Virus record (IMG/VR): IMGVR_UViG_3300042350_001000
DNA length: 20,000 bases
Source: an uncultured virus (IMG/VR IMGVR_UViG_3300042350_001000)
Lineage: Duplodnaviria > Heunggongvirae > Uroviricota > Caudoviricetes
Reading direction: 5' to 3' (one strand)
Under the pieces are notes generated by a model, which worked only from the letters and a program-made list of their open reading frames with translations, was not told the DNA's origin and did not search any database. The position numbers and the translations under genes are program-made. Below are positions 5,987 to 15,017 of the stretch, one piece after another (within the stretch, counting starts at the first letter, position 1; each line of letters starts with the position of its first letter).

Positions 5987-6267
5987 TGATTACCGTCGGG
6001 ATGTTCACCCGATCCTCGAGGGAGTGGTCGCTACTGACCGGCGTCCCCAGGACAACGATTGAGTACAGGGTCAATGCAGGCTGGGAGCCCGACCGACTCT
6101 TCGTTCGCAAGGACTGGGTACTCGAGGGCAATAAGCGCTGCACAAAGTGCCATGCCGTCAAACCCATCAAGGAGTTCTACAAGCGATCCGGCCGCCCAGG
6201 CCATTTAGCACACTGTAAGGAGTGCAGAAAGCATTATGGAAAAGTACGTTATCAGCAACGGGTATGA
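5983..6267 (+). CDS. Small HTH plus Cys4 zinc-finger protein (94 aa)
   Basis: REWSLLTGVPRTTIEYRVNAGW (HTH-like) followed by KRCTKC...EFYK...CKEC; no nuclease motif seen. Confidence 0.75.
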   Translation: MMITVGMFTRSSREWSLLTGVPRTTIEYRVNAGWEPDRLFVRKDWVLEGNKRCTKCHAVKPIKEFYKRSGRPGHLAHCKECRKHYGKVRYQQRV

Positions 6268-7033
6268 GGGGCTAGGCGACCGCCTGCAATGCCTATCTTA
6301 CTGCCTGGATTTCGCGCTCAAGCATAACCGCATACTCAAGGTTAACTGGCGCGACAAGGTGTGGGGCCACTGGTTTTATTCTTACTTCCACCTCGTGGAT
6401 GTCCCGTATACGGATGAAAAAATATCGCTTACCGGCAAGTCAGTATGGCCACCTATCTGGGAGGCTTTGGGCGATAAAAGCTCAGACGACTGGGTATATG
6501 ACATCAAGGAGGAAAAGCTTTCGCCAAGCGCTTATGACGTGATCGTGCACTCTGGTATTGGCTTCAGGGTTTGGAACATGCCACTGCTTTCAAGGCACCT
6601 ACGGGTCAGTTTTGAGATTGCAAACAAAGTCAAAAAGCATGACGTAGTTGTGCATTTGCGAGGGACCGACCGATACAACGAAGGATCAAGCCTGTTTGAT
6701 CTTTACGGCGAATCGGGCGACGCTTATGTCATAACCGATGACGCAAGACTTGCCCAGCAATGGGCCGAAATCAGCCCAGAATCGACGATCTCATGCGTAG
6801 GCATAGAAGGACATCGACCGGTCCACAAAACAAATCCAGAGAATACTTATGACCGCAATTCGAAAGCTATTGTTGACTTCATGACGATTGCCATAGCAGG
6901 CGAGGCTTATTCCAACAACCCGGAGAGCTTGTTCTTCAAAATGGCAAGGAGCCTTGGAACCCCGGAGCTTATGCTTACGCCCGCTCCGGAGGAAAAGACC
7001 AAGAGGGTCCGATACTTTATTCGGGGAGCGTGA
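6236..7033 (+). CDS. Glycosyltransferase of the alpha-1,2/1,6/O-fucosyltransferase superfamily (NodZ/GT23- or GT11-like), 265 aa
   Basis: N-terminal EGLGDRL...FALKHNRILKVNW, motif I VHLRGTD, motif II YVITDD, motif III DFMTIA...SLF; AAGGAG RBS. Confidence 0.72.
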   Translation: MEKYVISNGYEGLGDRLQCLSYCLDFALKHNRILKVNWRDKVWGHWFYSYFHLVDVPYTDEKISLTGKSVWPPIWEALGDKSSDDWVYDIKEEKLSPSAYDVIVHSGIGFRVWNMPLLSRHLRVSFEIANKVKKHDVVVHLRGTDRYNEGSSLFDLYGESGDAYVITDDARLAQQWAEISPESTISCVGIEGHRPVHKTNPENTYDRNSKAIVDFMTIAIAGEAYSNNPESLFFKMARSLGTPELMLTPAPEEKTKRVRYFIRGA

Positions 7034-8270
7034 TTGTCCGCTGGGGCTTATAGCGATCGTAAAGGTCAGTCAGAAACGGAACCGCCGCGGTCGTTGCAAG
7101 CCCAACCCCTCGCGTTAAGGGGTGGGGCACCAAGCCTGCAACGCCACCAAGGGCGCCGATCGCACTTAAAGCTGCGCCGGGCATATCGCCTTGCATGTAC
7201 CGGTCATAGGCGTCATAGGCCGAATAGCCTGCTCCTGCGCCGCCTAGAGTGCCTAATGCCGAGCCTTTGAATAACCCTGTCATCCTGCCGCCGGGACGCT
7301 CTACACGCTCAACGGGCAAGCCTTGACGAACCTCTCCCACGACGGGAGCATTCTTGGCGCGATCAATAAGCCGCTGGGAAAGCTGAGGGGACTCGTCAGG
7401 ACCCGCAATCCCGTAAAGCTTGGCCATCCTTCCTGAGATTCTACCTTGAGGCATAGCCCTTCGGTAATCGGTAGCTGCCTCAGAGACGGTTCCGACTCCA
7501 GGCTTTACATAGCCCGTGACCTTGCTGGCCCACTTTTCACCGGGGGTCATGCCTTGGGTTAGCTTTGCGAGATTCTGGTCCCTAGCGGCCCTCTGAGCCT
7601 CTTGGAAGGCATCAAAGCGCCTTTGCTGCATGCCACGCCTAAGATCCGCTCCAGCGCCGCTTAAAAGGGCTCCAGCAGGCGCTCCTACCGCGGCAGACAT
7701 GGCACGGCCAATGGCAGGGTCGTCGGGTTGATTGATCTGCATTTGATCGATCTGTTGGGCCAGCCTTCTTGCTTCAAGAGCCGCTTCGCTTTCGGCAGGT
7801 TCGCCTTCTTGGCTTGGCTGCGCGGCCGGTATGACACCGCCTTCAAGCTGCATCTTAAGCCTTCGTGCTTGGCCAACAGCGTCGAACGGATAAATCGCAT
7901 TGACTTGGTCGGCATAGTCCATGTTGGGCGGGTTGTCCATCTTGGCAAACCTTGGTCCGCCGTTATAACCGACCAAAGCTTTTCGGACGTCGCCGCCAGT
8001 AAGGTCGAGCATTTCCTTGAGGTACATGACCCCGCCACGGATGTTGTCGTCCATTTTCTTTGGGTTCACGCCTAGACCCTTAGCGGTGGCAGGCATAAGC
8101 TGCATGACGCCAATAGCGCCCTTATTGCTTTTCTGGGCCTGGGAGAATCCAGACTCGACTTGAGCAACAGCAAGGGCTAGTTGCGGATCAACGCCCTCCT
8201 GCTCAGCGGCCTTGATGACTTTATCGGCTATACGACGCTGGGACTCGTTAAGCTTTTCAAGATCGACCAT
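7017..8270 (-). CDS. Virion-associated lytic transglycosylase (SLT domain), probable ejection protein, 417 aa
   Basis: AQVESGF, GAIGVMQLMPATA, NIRGGVMYL and ALVGYNGG SLT motifs; Gly/Ala-rich hydrophobic C-terminus. Confidence 0.88.
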   Translation of the reverse strand: MVDLEKLNESQRRIADKVIKAAEQEGVDPQLALAVAQVESGFSQAQKSNKGAIGVMQLMPATAKGLGVNPKKMDDNIRGGVMYLKEMLDLTGGDVRKALVGYNGGPRFAKMDNPPNMDYADQVNAIYPFDAVGQARRLKMQLEGGVIPAAQPSQEGEPAESEAALEARRLAQQIDQMQINQPDDPAIGRAMSAAVGAPAGALLSGAGADLRRGMQQRRFDAFQEAQRAARDQNLAKLTQGMTPGEKWASKVTGYVKPGVGTVSEAATDYRRAMPQGRISGRMAKLYGIAGPDESPQLSQRLIDRAKNAPVVGEVRQGLPVERVERPGGRMTGLFKGSALGTLGGAGAGYSAYDAYDRYMQGDMPGAALSAIGALGGVAGLVPHPLTRGVGLATTAAVPFLTDLYDRYKPQRTITLPE

Positions 8271-10058
8271 TTAGACCCCCGCCACTTTTCTAGCCTCAGC
8301 AAGCTTACCCCTCATTTCCGGGAAGAACTCGCGCATCGAGCCATCGAGTGCATTGACGTAATTTGCACGAATGCGCTTGTACTCATCCGAGTCGTACATT
8401 TGCCTTGGGTCGTACTGCTTGGCCTCGGAGCGCCTTCTCAAAAGGTCCCCAACCTGCTTGTCGAACTTGGCCATTTCTTGAAGGGCCAGGGTCTTCACAA
8501 GGTAGGCCTTGATCGGATCATTGGAAAGGCTTGGTAAAAGCTGGCCAAACAAGACACGCTCGTAGTTCGATACTTGACCCTCGCCCTTGCGCTCTGCCTT
8601 ATTCAGCAGAGAATCTAGCCTACGCTCAGATTGCAAGAGCAATGACGCTGCATCCAAGCCTTGCTGTTGCAAGTATTTTTGAGCTTCATCGTTTGAAATC
8701 CCGCGCTCTTTTGCAACCCTGGCGACCATTTCAGGATTGGCTCGTACCAACCGCCTCATGCCGTCCTCAAAGCCTCCGATGGTGACGTTCGTGCCACCAA
8801 CACGGATGCCCTCCTTAATGAATTGCGCAAGGGCATACTGACCTCCAGGCTTATTGAAGATCCCAACCGCATAGGGATATGCCGAGGCCAGTTGCATCAT
8901 TTGCTTGGCTTCTTGCTGGAGGGAATCAGCCTTGTCGTAACGAGTGAGAATCGGCCCACGAGCTTCCTTAACTTCCCCCGTTAGCATCGAGATATTCTCT
9001 TCGGTCTGCTTGGACTCTGCCTTTTGGCGCTGCTCCCTTTCGGACGCGGTCTCAAATGGTTTCCCGGCTCCTTGCGCAGGAGCGGCTTGCGCAGGTGCCT
9101 CTGAAGCTGGTTGCATAGCAGATTGCTGAGCAGGTGGCGAATCGAGCGGCCTTGGTGGCGCTATCGCCCCTATCCTCTCGCCAAGTCCTGGGATCTTGCC
9201 AACGATGAACTTAGCGGCCTCTGTCTGACCGCCCCTGTTCATAATCTCGTCGTACTTCATCCAGTCGCCAAGGGGCATCTTGATGTCGCCGCTAAAGTTG
9301 CCAAGGTTCAATTGGCGCTCAATTGGCTTGGCAAGTTCCGCGGGGTTATAAATTCGCTCACCGGTTCCCGGTACATAAAAAGATCCATCGCCTCCAGGCA
9401 AGAAGTTCTTGCGATAGTCTTCTCGAGCCTGCATAACTTGGTTATAAAGCTTTTCGCCAGCAGGGCCGAGCGGTCTTGTAATCGCTAAAAGCTGCTCGGG
9501 GTCCATGGCCATTAAACGACGCGCCTGCGGGTTACCAACCGCGGCTTCGGCAGAGGCGCCTGATCCAGGTGCGGCTTGCACATTAGCCCCAGGCGCCCCG
9601 ATGCCGAGCATGGTTGCAATTCGTTCAGCCTCTTCTTGTTGGGCCATAGCAAGACGATTAGCGGCCAGTTCGGTCCGCATCTTCATCATGGTAGGAAGAT
9701 TTTTCTCTTGCTCACCACGCTGCCTCGAGGCCTCTGCGCCTAAGTTTGCAAGAGCACTACCGATTGATCCAGTGCCGGTAGGCTGGCCAAAGGCGAAGAG
9801 CAGGCGGGATATGTCGTAGCCCTCGCCACTAATTCGGCGCTCGAGCGCGGTAATCATGTCTTGCGTGGCTTTTAGGTAGTCCTGCTTTGCAGCACCAAGA
9901 CCGCCGGGAGCGGCCTGCCCTAATCCACTTGGACGCGGAAAATTGACTGGAATCTGGAAATTGTCACTCTTGATCCCAGTGCCGCCACCGAGAGCGCCTT
10001 CCATGGTGTCCTCGCCCATCATGGCGCCTAATCCACCCATATTCATATCAAGGGCCAT
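8271..10058 (-). CDS. Probable internal virion / DNA ejection protein (595 aa)
   Basis: Helical, Ala/Gln/Gly-rich, no Cys; lies downstream of tail genes and next to the SLT gene; GGAG RBS. Confidence 0.65.
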   Translation of the reverse strand: MALDMNMGGLGAMMGEDTMEGALGGGTGIKSDNFQIPVNFPRPSGLGQAAPGGLGAAKQDYLKATQDMITALERRISGEGYDISRLLFAFGQPTGTGSIGSALANLGAEASRQRGEQEKNLPTMMKMRTELAANRLAMAQQEEAERIATMLGIGAPGANVQAAPGSGASAEAAVGNPQARRLMAMDPEQLLAITRPLGPAGEKLYNQVMQAREDYRKNFLPGGDGSFYVPGTGERIYNPAELAKPIERQLNLGNFSGDIKMPLGDWMKYDEIMNRGGQTEAAKFIVGKIPGLGERIGAIAPPRPLDSPPAQQSAMQPASEAPAQAAPAQGAGKPFETASEREQRQKAESKQTEENISMLTGEVKEARGPILTRYDKADSLQQEAKQMMQLASAYPYAVGIFNKPGGQYALAQFIKEGIRVGGTNVTIGGFEDGMRRLVRANPEMVARVAKERGISNDEAQKYLQQQGLDAASLLLQSERRLDSLLNKAERKGEGQVSNYERVLFGQLLPSLSNDPIKAYLVKTLALQEMAKFDKQVGDLLRRRSEAKQYDPRQMYDSDEYKRIRANYVNALDGSMREFFPEMRGKLAEARKVAGV

Positions 10059-10076
10059 TACTATCTCCGATTAAGA

Positions 10077-11051
10077 TCAGCCACCTGGATTGCTGTTAAA
10101 CAATCTTCCAAGAGCGTCTACCGCCTTGGAGCCTGCGTTAATAATTCCTTCGATCGCCGATGCACCCGTGCCGCCAGTACCCGTTGGTGCAAACAAACCT
10201 GCAAGCGTACTGACCTGCTGCAATCCCGACGGGCTGTACTGAAGACCGGCAAGCGGACCTTCATAGGTCGACGAGGTGTCAGTAGGCATCGTGTAGCCCC
10301 TCATAAGACCTGAGACGGCCTGCGCAGTCTGCAAGGGGAAGTTCTCTTCACCCTGAGCGATCGCTTGCTGCTGGGCCCCTAATGAGGCCAGATTCTGCAA
10401 TTCTGCAATATTGGTACCGGATGCAATCTGACCGAGCGCACCCATGGCCTGAGCACCTTGCAAGTAACGGCCAAGATCACTCGATGCCAGCTTGGAAGCC
10501 ATATCATAGCCCTGGGACAAAGCACCGGACTGAGCACCGAGAATATCCCGAAGGGCCTCGCGTTTAGCAATACCTTCCTGCTGAAGACCGCGCTTGCCAC
10601 CAAATCCGCCAGTCCCAACGCCAAGGCCACCCATTCCAGGCATGGCCTCTTGCATTTGGCGCTGACCTAGTCGATTAATCTCCGACACGACGTCCTTGAT
10701 GTAGGGGTTCATATAACCCCCGCCCATCGTGGTCGTCTCGCCCGTTACAGGATCGGTGTAGTCATAGCCCTGCAATTGCTGAGCGGTTGTAGCACCACCG
10801 GCCTGACCAAACCTCGAGGCGGCGTCCAAGTATCCCTGGCCACCAAACATGCGATTCTTGGCTTCATCAAAGGCCGTGGTTTGCAGTTCTTGTTGCCCGG
10901 CGTATTGAGGGCCCTCGGTACCAAGAAAGCTCTCGCCAGCACTGCCAAGCTTCTTGAGGTAGTCGGTATAAAACCCAGGCGCCGTAGTCGACTGGGCTTG
11001 TTTGATATTGACGGGCGGTGGCGCTGAGCCTTGGGTCCAATCGAATGGCAT
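10077..11051 (-). CDS. Probable DNA pilot / ejection protein (324 aa)
   Basis: Gln/Gly/Ala-rich, with YMNPY...GGFGG.R motif typical of podovirus-type ejection proteins; GAGGT RBS. Confidence 0.65.
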   Translation of the reverse strand: MPFDWTQGSAPPPVNIKQAQSTTAPGFYTDYLKKLGSAGESFLGTEGPQYAGQQELQTTAFDEAKNRMFGGQGYLDAASRFGQAGGATTAQQLQGYDYTDPVTGETTTMGGGYMNPYIKDVVSEINRLGQRQMQEAMPGMGGLGVGTGGFGGKRGLQQEGIAKREALRDILGAQSGALSQGYDMASKLASSDLGRYLQGAQAMGALGQIASGTNIAELQNLASLGAQQQAIAQGEENFPLQTAQAVSGLMRGYTMPTDTSSTYEGPLAGLQYSPSGLQQVSTLAGLFAPTGTGGTGASAIEGIINAGSKAVDALGRLFNSNPGG

Positions 11052-11053
11052 GA

Positions 11054-14000
11054 TTACCTCGCGCTTTCTTTCAAGTATGCCAAGGGTGACTTAGCCTTTG
11101 GCGGAATTTTATTGACCGGTGCGGCACGCTTATGTTTACGGATTGCCTCACGCATCTTGTCGAGCTTTGCGGCGCCTTCCTTCGAAGAGCCGTCACCAAG
11201 TGCAGCAACAATATCGGCGTCCATCACATACTCGCCATCCGCTAACAGTGCGGGAATAAGGTCATCCTGACCGCCACCGGCACCGCCAACCGCATAACCC
11301 TGCATTCTCCTCGAATCCGGGGTGCCTGCAAAGCCATTGGTCTCGGCCATTTTCATCAATCCGCCCATGGCCTTTTGCTGGGGCTTTTCAGGTTGGCCGC
11401 CGGTCCTTGGCTGCTCACCCAAAAGCTCGTCAGCATCGACCTGCTCAAGCGCCCCCTTAACAGTCGTGGAGGGCTCCATCGCTCTTTGATCCTCTTCGGA
11501 TAAGTCGACCTTCGCGTTGGCAGCAATTTGCGAGATCAGCTTCTTGCTGATGCCCATCCTCATGAGGGTTTGTACCAAGCTCTCGGGGAGGTTGGAGATT
11601 GTCTTCTCTTTCATAACCGGCGCCGCCGCTAAAAAGGTTGGTGATAACGATGGGATGTTCTTAAAGCCTGCGTTGCCCGATACAGAGCCCGATGGGTAGT
11701 AACGACTTCCGCCGCCGCCATCTCCGGCGCCTCCTGAACCGCTACCAGACCCACTTCCGGAACCGCTGCCAGACCCCGATCCGCTGCCCGAACCGCTTCC
11801 TGAGCCCGATCCAGAGCCAGAGCCTGAACCGCTGCCCGACCCAGACCCACTTCCCGACCCTGAACCAGATCCGGAGCCAGACCCCGATCCGGAGCCGCTG
11901 CCGGAACCAGAGCCCGAACCTGATCCTGAACCCGAACCCGATCCTGAACCCGAACCCGATCCTGAACCCGAACCAGACCCACTACCTGAACCCGAACCAG
12001 ACCCACTACCTGAGCCCGATCCGGAGCCCGAACCGGAGCCCGAACCGGAGCCCGAACCGGAGCCCGAGCCACTGCCTGAACCCGAACCGGAACCAGAGCC
12101 TGAACCACTACCCGACCCGCTACCAGATCCACTACCTGAACCTGAGCCTGAACCAGAACCGCTGCCCGAGCCTGAGCCCGAACCGCTGCCCGAGCCCGAA
12201 CCACTTCCTGAACCACTTCCTGATCCAGAGCCCGACCCAGAGCCGCTACCAGTTCCTGTACCTGTATCTGTTCCAGTTCCCTCAGTCGGCTTTTCGGCTT
12301 CGCCGGTCTTAGTTTCACCAGCCTCGCCGGTCTTAGTTTCGCCGCCGGTTTCGGCATCGACCTTAACAGCGCCGTCCGTGCCGCCGGATGTAACTCCGCC
12401 GCTTCCGTCCGTAGCATCGCCACCCGCCGGACCGCCCGTTGGGGTACCTGTAGGACCGCCTGTCGGGGTACCCGTTGGGCCACCCGTTGGGGTACCTGTA
12501 GGACCGCCTGTCGGAGTGCCCGTTGGGTCACCTGTCGGGCTACCAGCAGTGCCGCCGCGAACGAGATTGCCGTCCTTGTCGAATGTAAACGAGCCGAGGA
12601 TGTTGTTAATCCTCTCGTCGCTAAGCCCACCAGCGCGACCAAGCTTAGCTATCTCGTTGCGATTGAAGACGGCGTTGGGATTATCGGCAAAGGTTTTGCC
12701 TACCGAAGCCTTTAAGGCGTCGTCAGACTGACCTGCAAGGTTTTGACCTTGCGGCTTTTGCGGACCCTCAACTTGACCTTGTTTCGCATCTTGATCCTGC
12801 TGAGATATGGGGCCGGTGATCTTTCCAATTTGGGCATCTATGCCACCGCTGCCCCCGCCACCTCCGCTACCACCACTACCGCCGCCACTACCGCCGCTTT
12901 CACCACCAGCGCCACCCTGTGAAGACAATCCGCCCTGGACTTGTTCACTGCTGGAGGTTTCCCCACCAGCAAGGCCGCCCCCAGGTTTTTCTGGGCCGGT
13001 GGTCTTTACCTCTTTTGGCTTCTCAATCCATGGGTAATCGTCAATCGGGACGTCTTCAAACTCCCGATATTTCGTAAACGGCCTGTCAACCACCGTGTCA
13101 GTGGCAAATTCGTTGTAAGGCGTGAAGGGGCGATCAGCCGTCTTGGTGAGGTCGAATTCGTTGTAAGACGTAAAGGGCTTATCAAGCTTTGTGGACGATA
13201 CGGTTAACGCTGGCGTCTTATCGGCATACAAGGGCTTGGTCTCATACTTTCCAATATCCTTTTGGAAGTCCTTGATGTAAGCCTGCTTATCAGCCTCGGT
13301 CCAATCAGAAACCGGTTTATTCGCATAATCAGGGACCGTGGTTGCGTAGTCCATAGTCCACGGAATATCAGCGCCAGGATTTTGTGCTTTTTGAAGGGCG
13401 GACCACAAGGCCGCGCCATGCGCACCAAGCACACTAGCGGCCGCTATACCTTGCTGAATGGCTGGTATCCCAAGAAGCGGGAGCGCAGCAACCTGCTCCC
13501 CTTTGGTTAAATCCAAGCCGCCTGCAAGGTCCAAGCCGCCAGCGCTTGCAATACTCGAAGCAAGATCCGAAGATATATCCGGATTGACATCGGAAGCCAA
13601 AGACAGTCCACCGGTCGCAGGAATTTGCGTCCCAGGCCCGCCAGTGACGTTGTACTCGTCAATAATATTTCGGCCTCCCATTGCGGAAGCCACGCCCTTC
13701 ATTCCGGCGGCAATAATGTCATAGGGGTTATCAGACTTTGCCGCGGTATAGGCCACGTTAAGTGCAGACCTAACGATCCCTGGATCAAGATTTAGCGAAG
13801 AAGCAATATTCCCAGCAGCCATATCGAGGCCGGTGCTTACCCCGTAGGAGGTAACGGCATTTTTGATAAGACTTTCTACATCGGCGCCGCCCATGGCTCG
13901 TAAGGCTGTCGATATACCTGCCGCTTGCAAGGGAGACAAACCGAGACCCGCTGCGCCACCGGTGACGACCATGGCGCCAAAATTAAGCAAGGGAGCGATT

Positions 14001-14785
14001 GACTTTTGAAACGAGCCTCGTTGATCTTGGCGAAGCTGAACGTCCAAAATGTTGCCGTCCTTGTCGACCGTAACCTCCTGGCCAAGGAGCGTCCCCTTGT
14101 TGCCGATGTCATGGGCATTCAGAAAGGCCGAATAGGTACCCGTATCTTCATAGATCGGATTGCCTTCGTTATCGGTGCCGACCTGCTTTCTTATCGGCGA
14201 AAATACCGAAGATGAGGTGGGCATAAGACCGCCCTCGCCCTCAAAGTAAGTCGGGTTTAGTGCGCTGTTAAGCTGGGTTGCAAGGTCCCCGGAAATGGTT
14301 TTACCAATCAACCCTTGGCCTTGCGCATAAAGTTGGTTGGCTATGTTTTGTGCATTAGCCGCATTGGTTGCGTCTTTGTTATACCCAAGGGCAAGCTGGT
14401 CAACCCCTACAAGATTTTGCATACCCGGAATGGTTGAGCCAGCAACAGAAAGCCCTCCCGATACCGTATCCTGACCAAGCGTTCTATTGGCCACCTCCCC
14501 AAGAACGTCCTGGGTTATGCTCGACAGTCCGCCAGCAGTCGAAGTATCAGGCTGTGAGACCGGAGCTAGTCCACCGGTCGGCTCTTTATAGGTGAGCCCA
14601 GCATTGCCGAAGTAACTGGAAACGTCGCCAGCCGTAAGGTTTGGGTTAACTGTTTGTGCAGCCCTCAAAATATCTGCTGAAGACAGCCCAAGCTCCTGAC
14701 CGCGGGTGGCCACCACGTTCGGATCATTAAGGTTGGCAAGAATGAACTCGCCTGCTTGTCTGTACTGGTCTTCAGTAAAGGCCAT
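11054..14785 (-). CDS. Large low-complexity virion-module protein (1243 aa) with (Gly-Ser)86 tract and C-terminal [17 protein letters not shown] domain
   Basis: Uninterrupted ORF; the C-terminal D.IPA.L.DGEYV..AD.V motif is familiar from phage virion proteins; sits between tail and ejection genes. Confidence 0.75.
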   Translation of the reverse strand: MAFTEDQYRQAGEFILANLNDPNVVATRGQELGLSSADILRAAQTVNPNLTAGDVSSYFGNAGLTYKEPTGGLAPVSQPDTSTAGGLSSITQDVLGEVANRTLGQDTVSGGLSVAGSTIPGMQNLVGVDQLALGYNKDATNAANAQNIANQLYAQGQGLIGKTISGDLATQLNSALNPTYFEGEGGLMPTSSSVFSPIRKQVGTDNEGNPIYEDTGTYSAFLNAHDIGNKGTLLGQEVTVDKDGNILDVQLRQDQRGSFQKSIAPLLNFGAMVVTGGAAGLGLSPLQAAGISTALRAMGGADVESLIKNAVTSYGVSTGLDMAAGNIASSLNLDPGIVRSALNVAYTAAKSDNPYDIIAAGMKGVASAMGGRNIIDEYNVTGGPGTQIPATGGLSLASDVNPDISSDLASSIASAGGLDLAGGLDLTKGEQVAALPLLGIPAIQQGIAAASVLGAHGAALWSALQKAQNPGADIPWTMDYATTVPDYANKPVSDWTEADKQAYIKDFQKDIGKYETKPLYADKTPALTVSSTKLDKPFTSYNEFDLTKTADRPFTPYNEFATDTVVDRPFTKYREFEDVPIDDYPWIEKPKEVKTTGPEKPGGGLAGGETSSSEQVQGGLSSQGGAGGESGGSGGGSGGSGGGGGSGGIDAQIGKITGPISQQDQDAKQGQVEGPQKPQGQNLAGQSDDALKASVGKTFADNPNAVFNRNEIAKLGRAGGLSDERINNILGSFTFDKDGNLVRGGTAGSPTGDPTGTPTGGPTGTPTGGPTGTPTGGPTGTPTGGPAGGDATDGSGGVTSGGTDGAVKVDAETGGETKTGEAGETKTGEAEKPTEGTGTDTGTGTGSGSGSGSGSGSGSGSGSGSGSGSGSGSGSGSGSGSGSGSGSGSGSGSGSGSGSGSGSGSGSGSGSGSGSGSGSGSGSGSGSGSGSGSGSGSGSGSGSGSGSGSGSGSGSGSGSGSGSGSGSGSGSGSGSGSGSGSGSGSGSGSGSGSGSGSGSGSGSGSGSGSGSGSGSGSGGAGDGGGGSRYYPSGSVSGNAGFKNIPSLSPTFLAAAPVMKEKTISNLPESLVQTLMRMGISKKLISQIAANAKVDLSEEDQRAMEPSTTVKGALEQVDADELLGEQPRTGGQPEKPQQKAMGGLMKMAETNGFAGTPDSRRMQGYAVGGAGGGQDDLIPALLADGEYVMDADIVAALGDGSSKEGAAKLDKMREAIRKHKRAAPVNKIPPKAKSPLAYLKESAR
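11735..12250 (-). repeat. 516-bp degenerate hexamer repeat encoding (Gly-Ser)86
   Basis: 172 alternating Gly/Ser codons using all four Gly and all six Ser codons. Confidence 0.95.
12424..12545 (-). repeat. Repeat encoding (GGPTGTPT)n
   Basis: [74 protein letters not shown] is duplicated 48 bp apart. Confidence 0.85.
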
Positions 14786-14786
14786 G

Positions 14787-15017
14787 TCAGTTCACCGCGT
14801 TATTGAAAGCGAAGGCCCAATCTTGCCATCGGTCGAACCCGTGCGGGGTCGGTACGCCATAGTTTGAGAACAAAGCGATCGAGCAGATCGAAAGCGCAAA
14901 GTCCTTCCAGTTCTCTTCGGGTACCGGCCACATAAGCTGCTGGGCCTCGTACTTTTCCGCGATGAGCGCGTTCCAGTAGGACCATTCCATGTTTCGGGGG
15001 TCGTAGATCTGCGTCAT
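14787..15017 (-). CDS. Small Trp-rich hypothetical protein in the tail module (76 aa)
   Basis: ATGA overlap with the upstream tail gene; ends 1 nt before the next start. Confidence 0.8.
   Translation of the reverse strand: MTQIYDPRNMEWSYWNALIAEKYEAQQLMWPVPEENWKDFALSICSIALFSNYGVPTPHGFDRWQDWAFAFNNAVN

Noticed and set aside
11735..12250. CRISPR array or synthetic GS linker
   Set aside because: There is no repeat-spacer structure. The tract is in frame, grades naturally from GT repeats, shows slippage sub-repeats and has no vector sequence nearby.
11629..12642. Long alternative-frame and antisense ORFs across the GS repeat (11629..12642 -, 11692..12312 +, 12378..12731 +)
   Set aside because: Shadow frames of a stop-poor low-complexity repeat; no RBS, and fully inside the 1243-aa gene.
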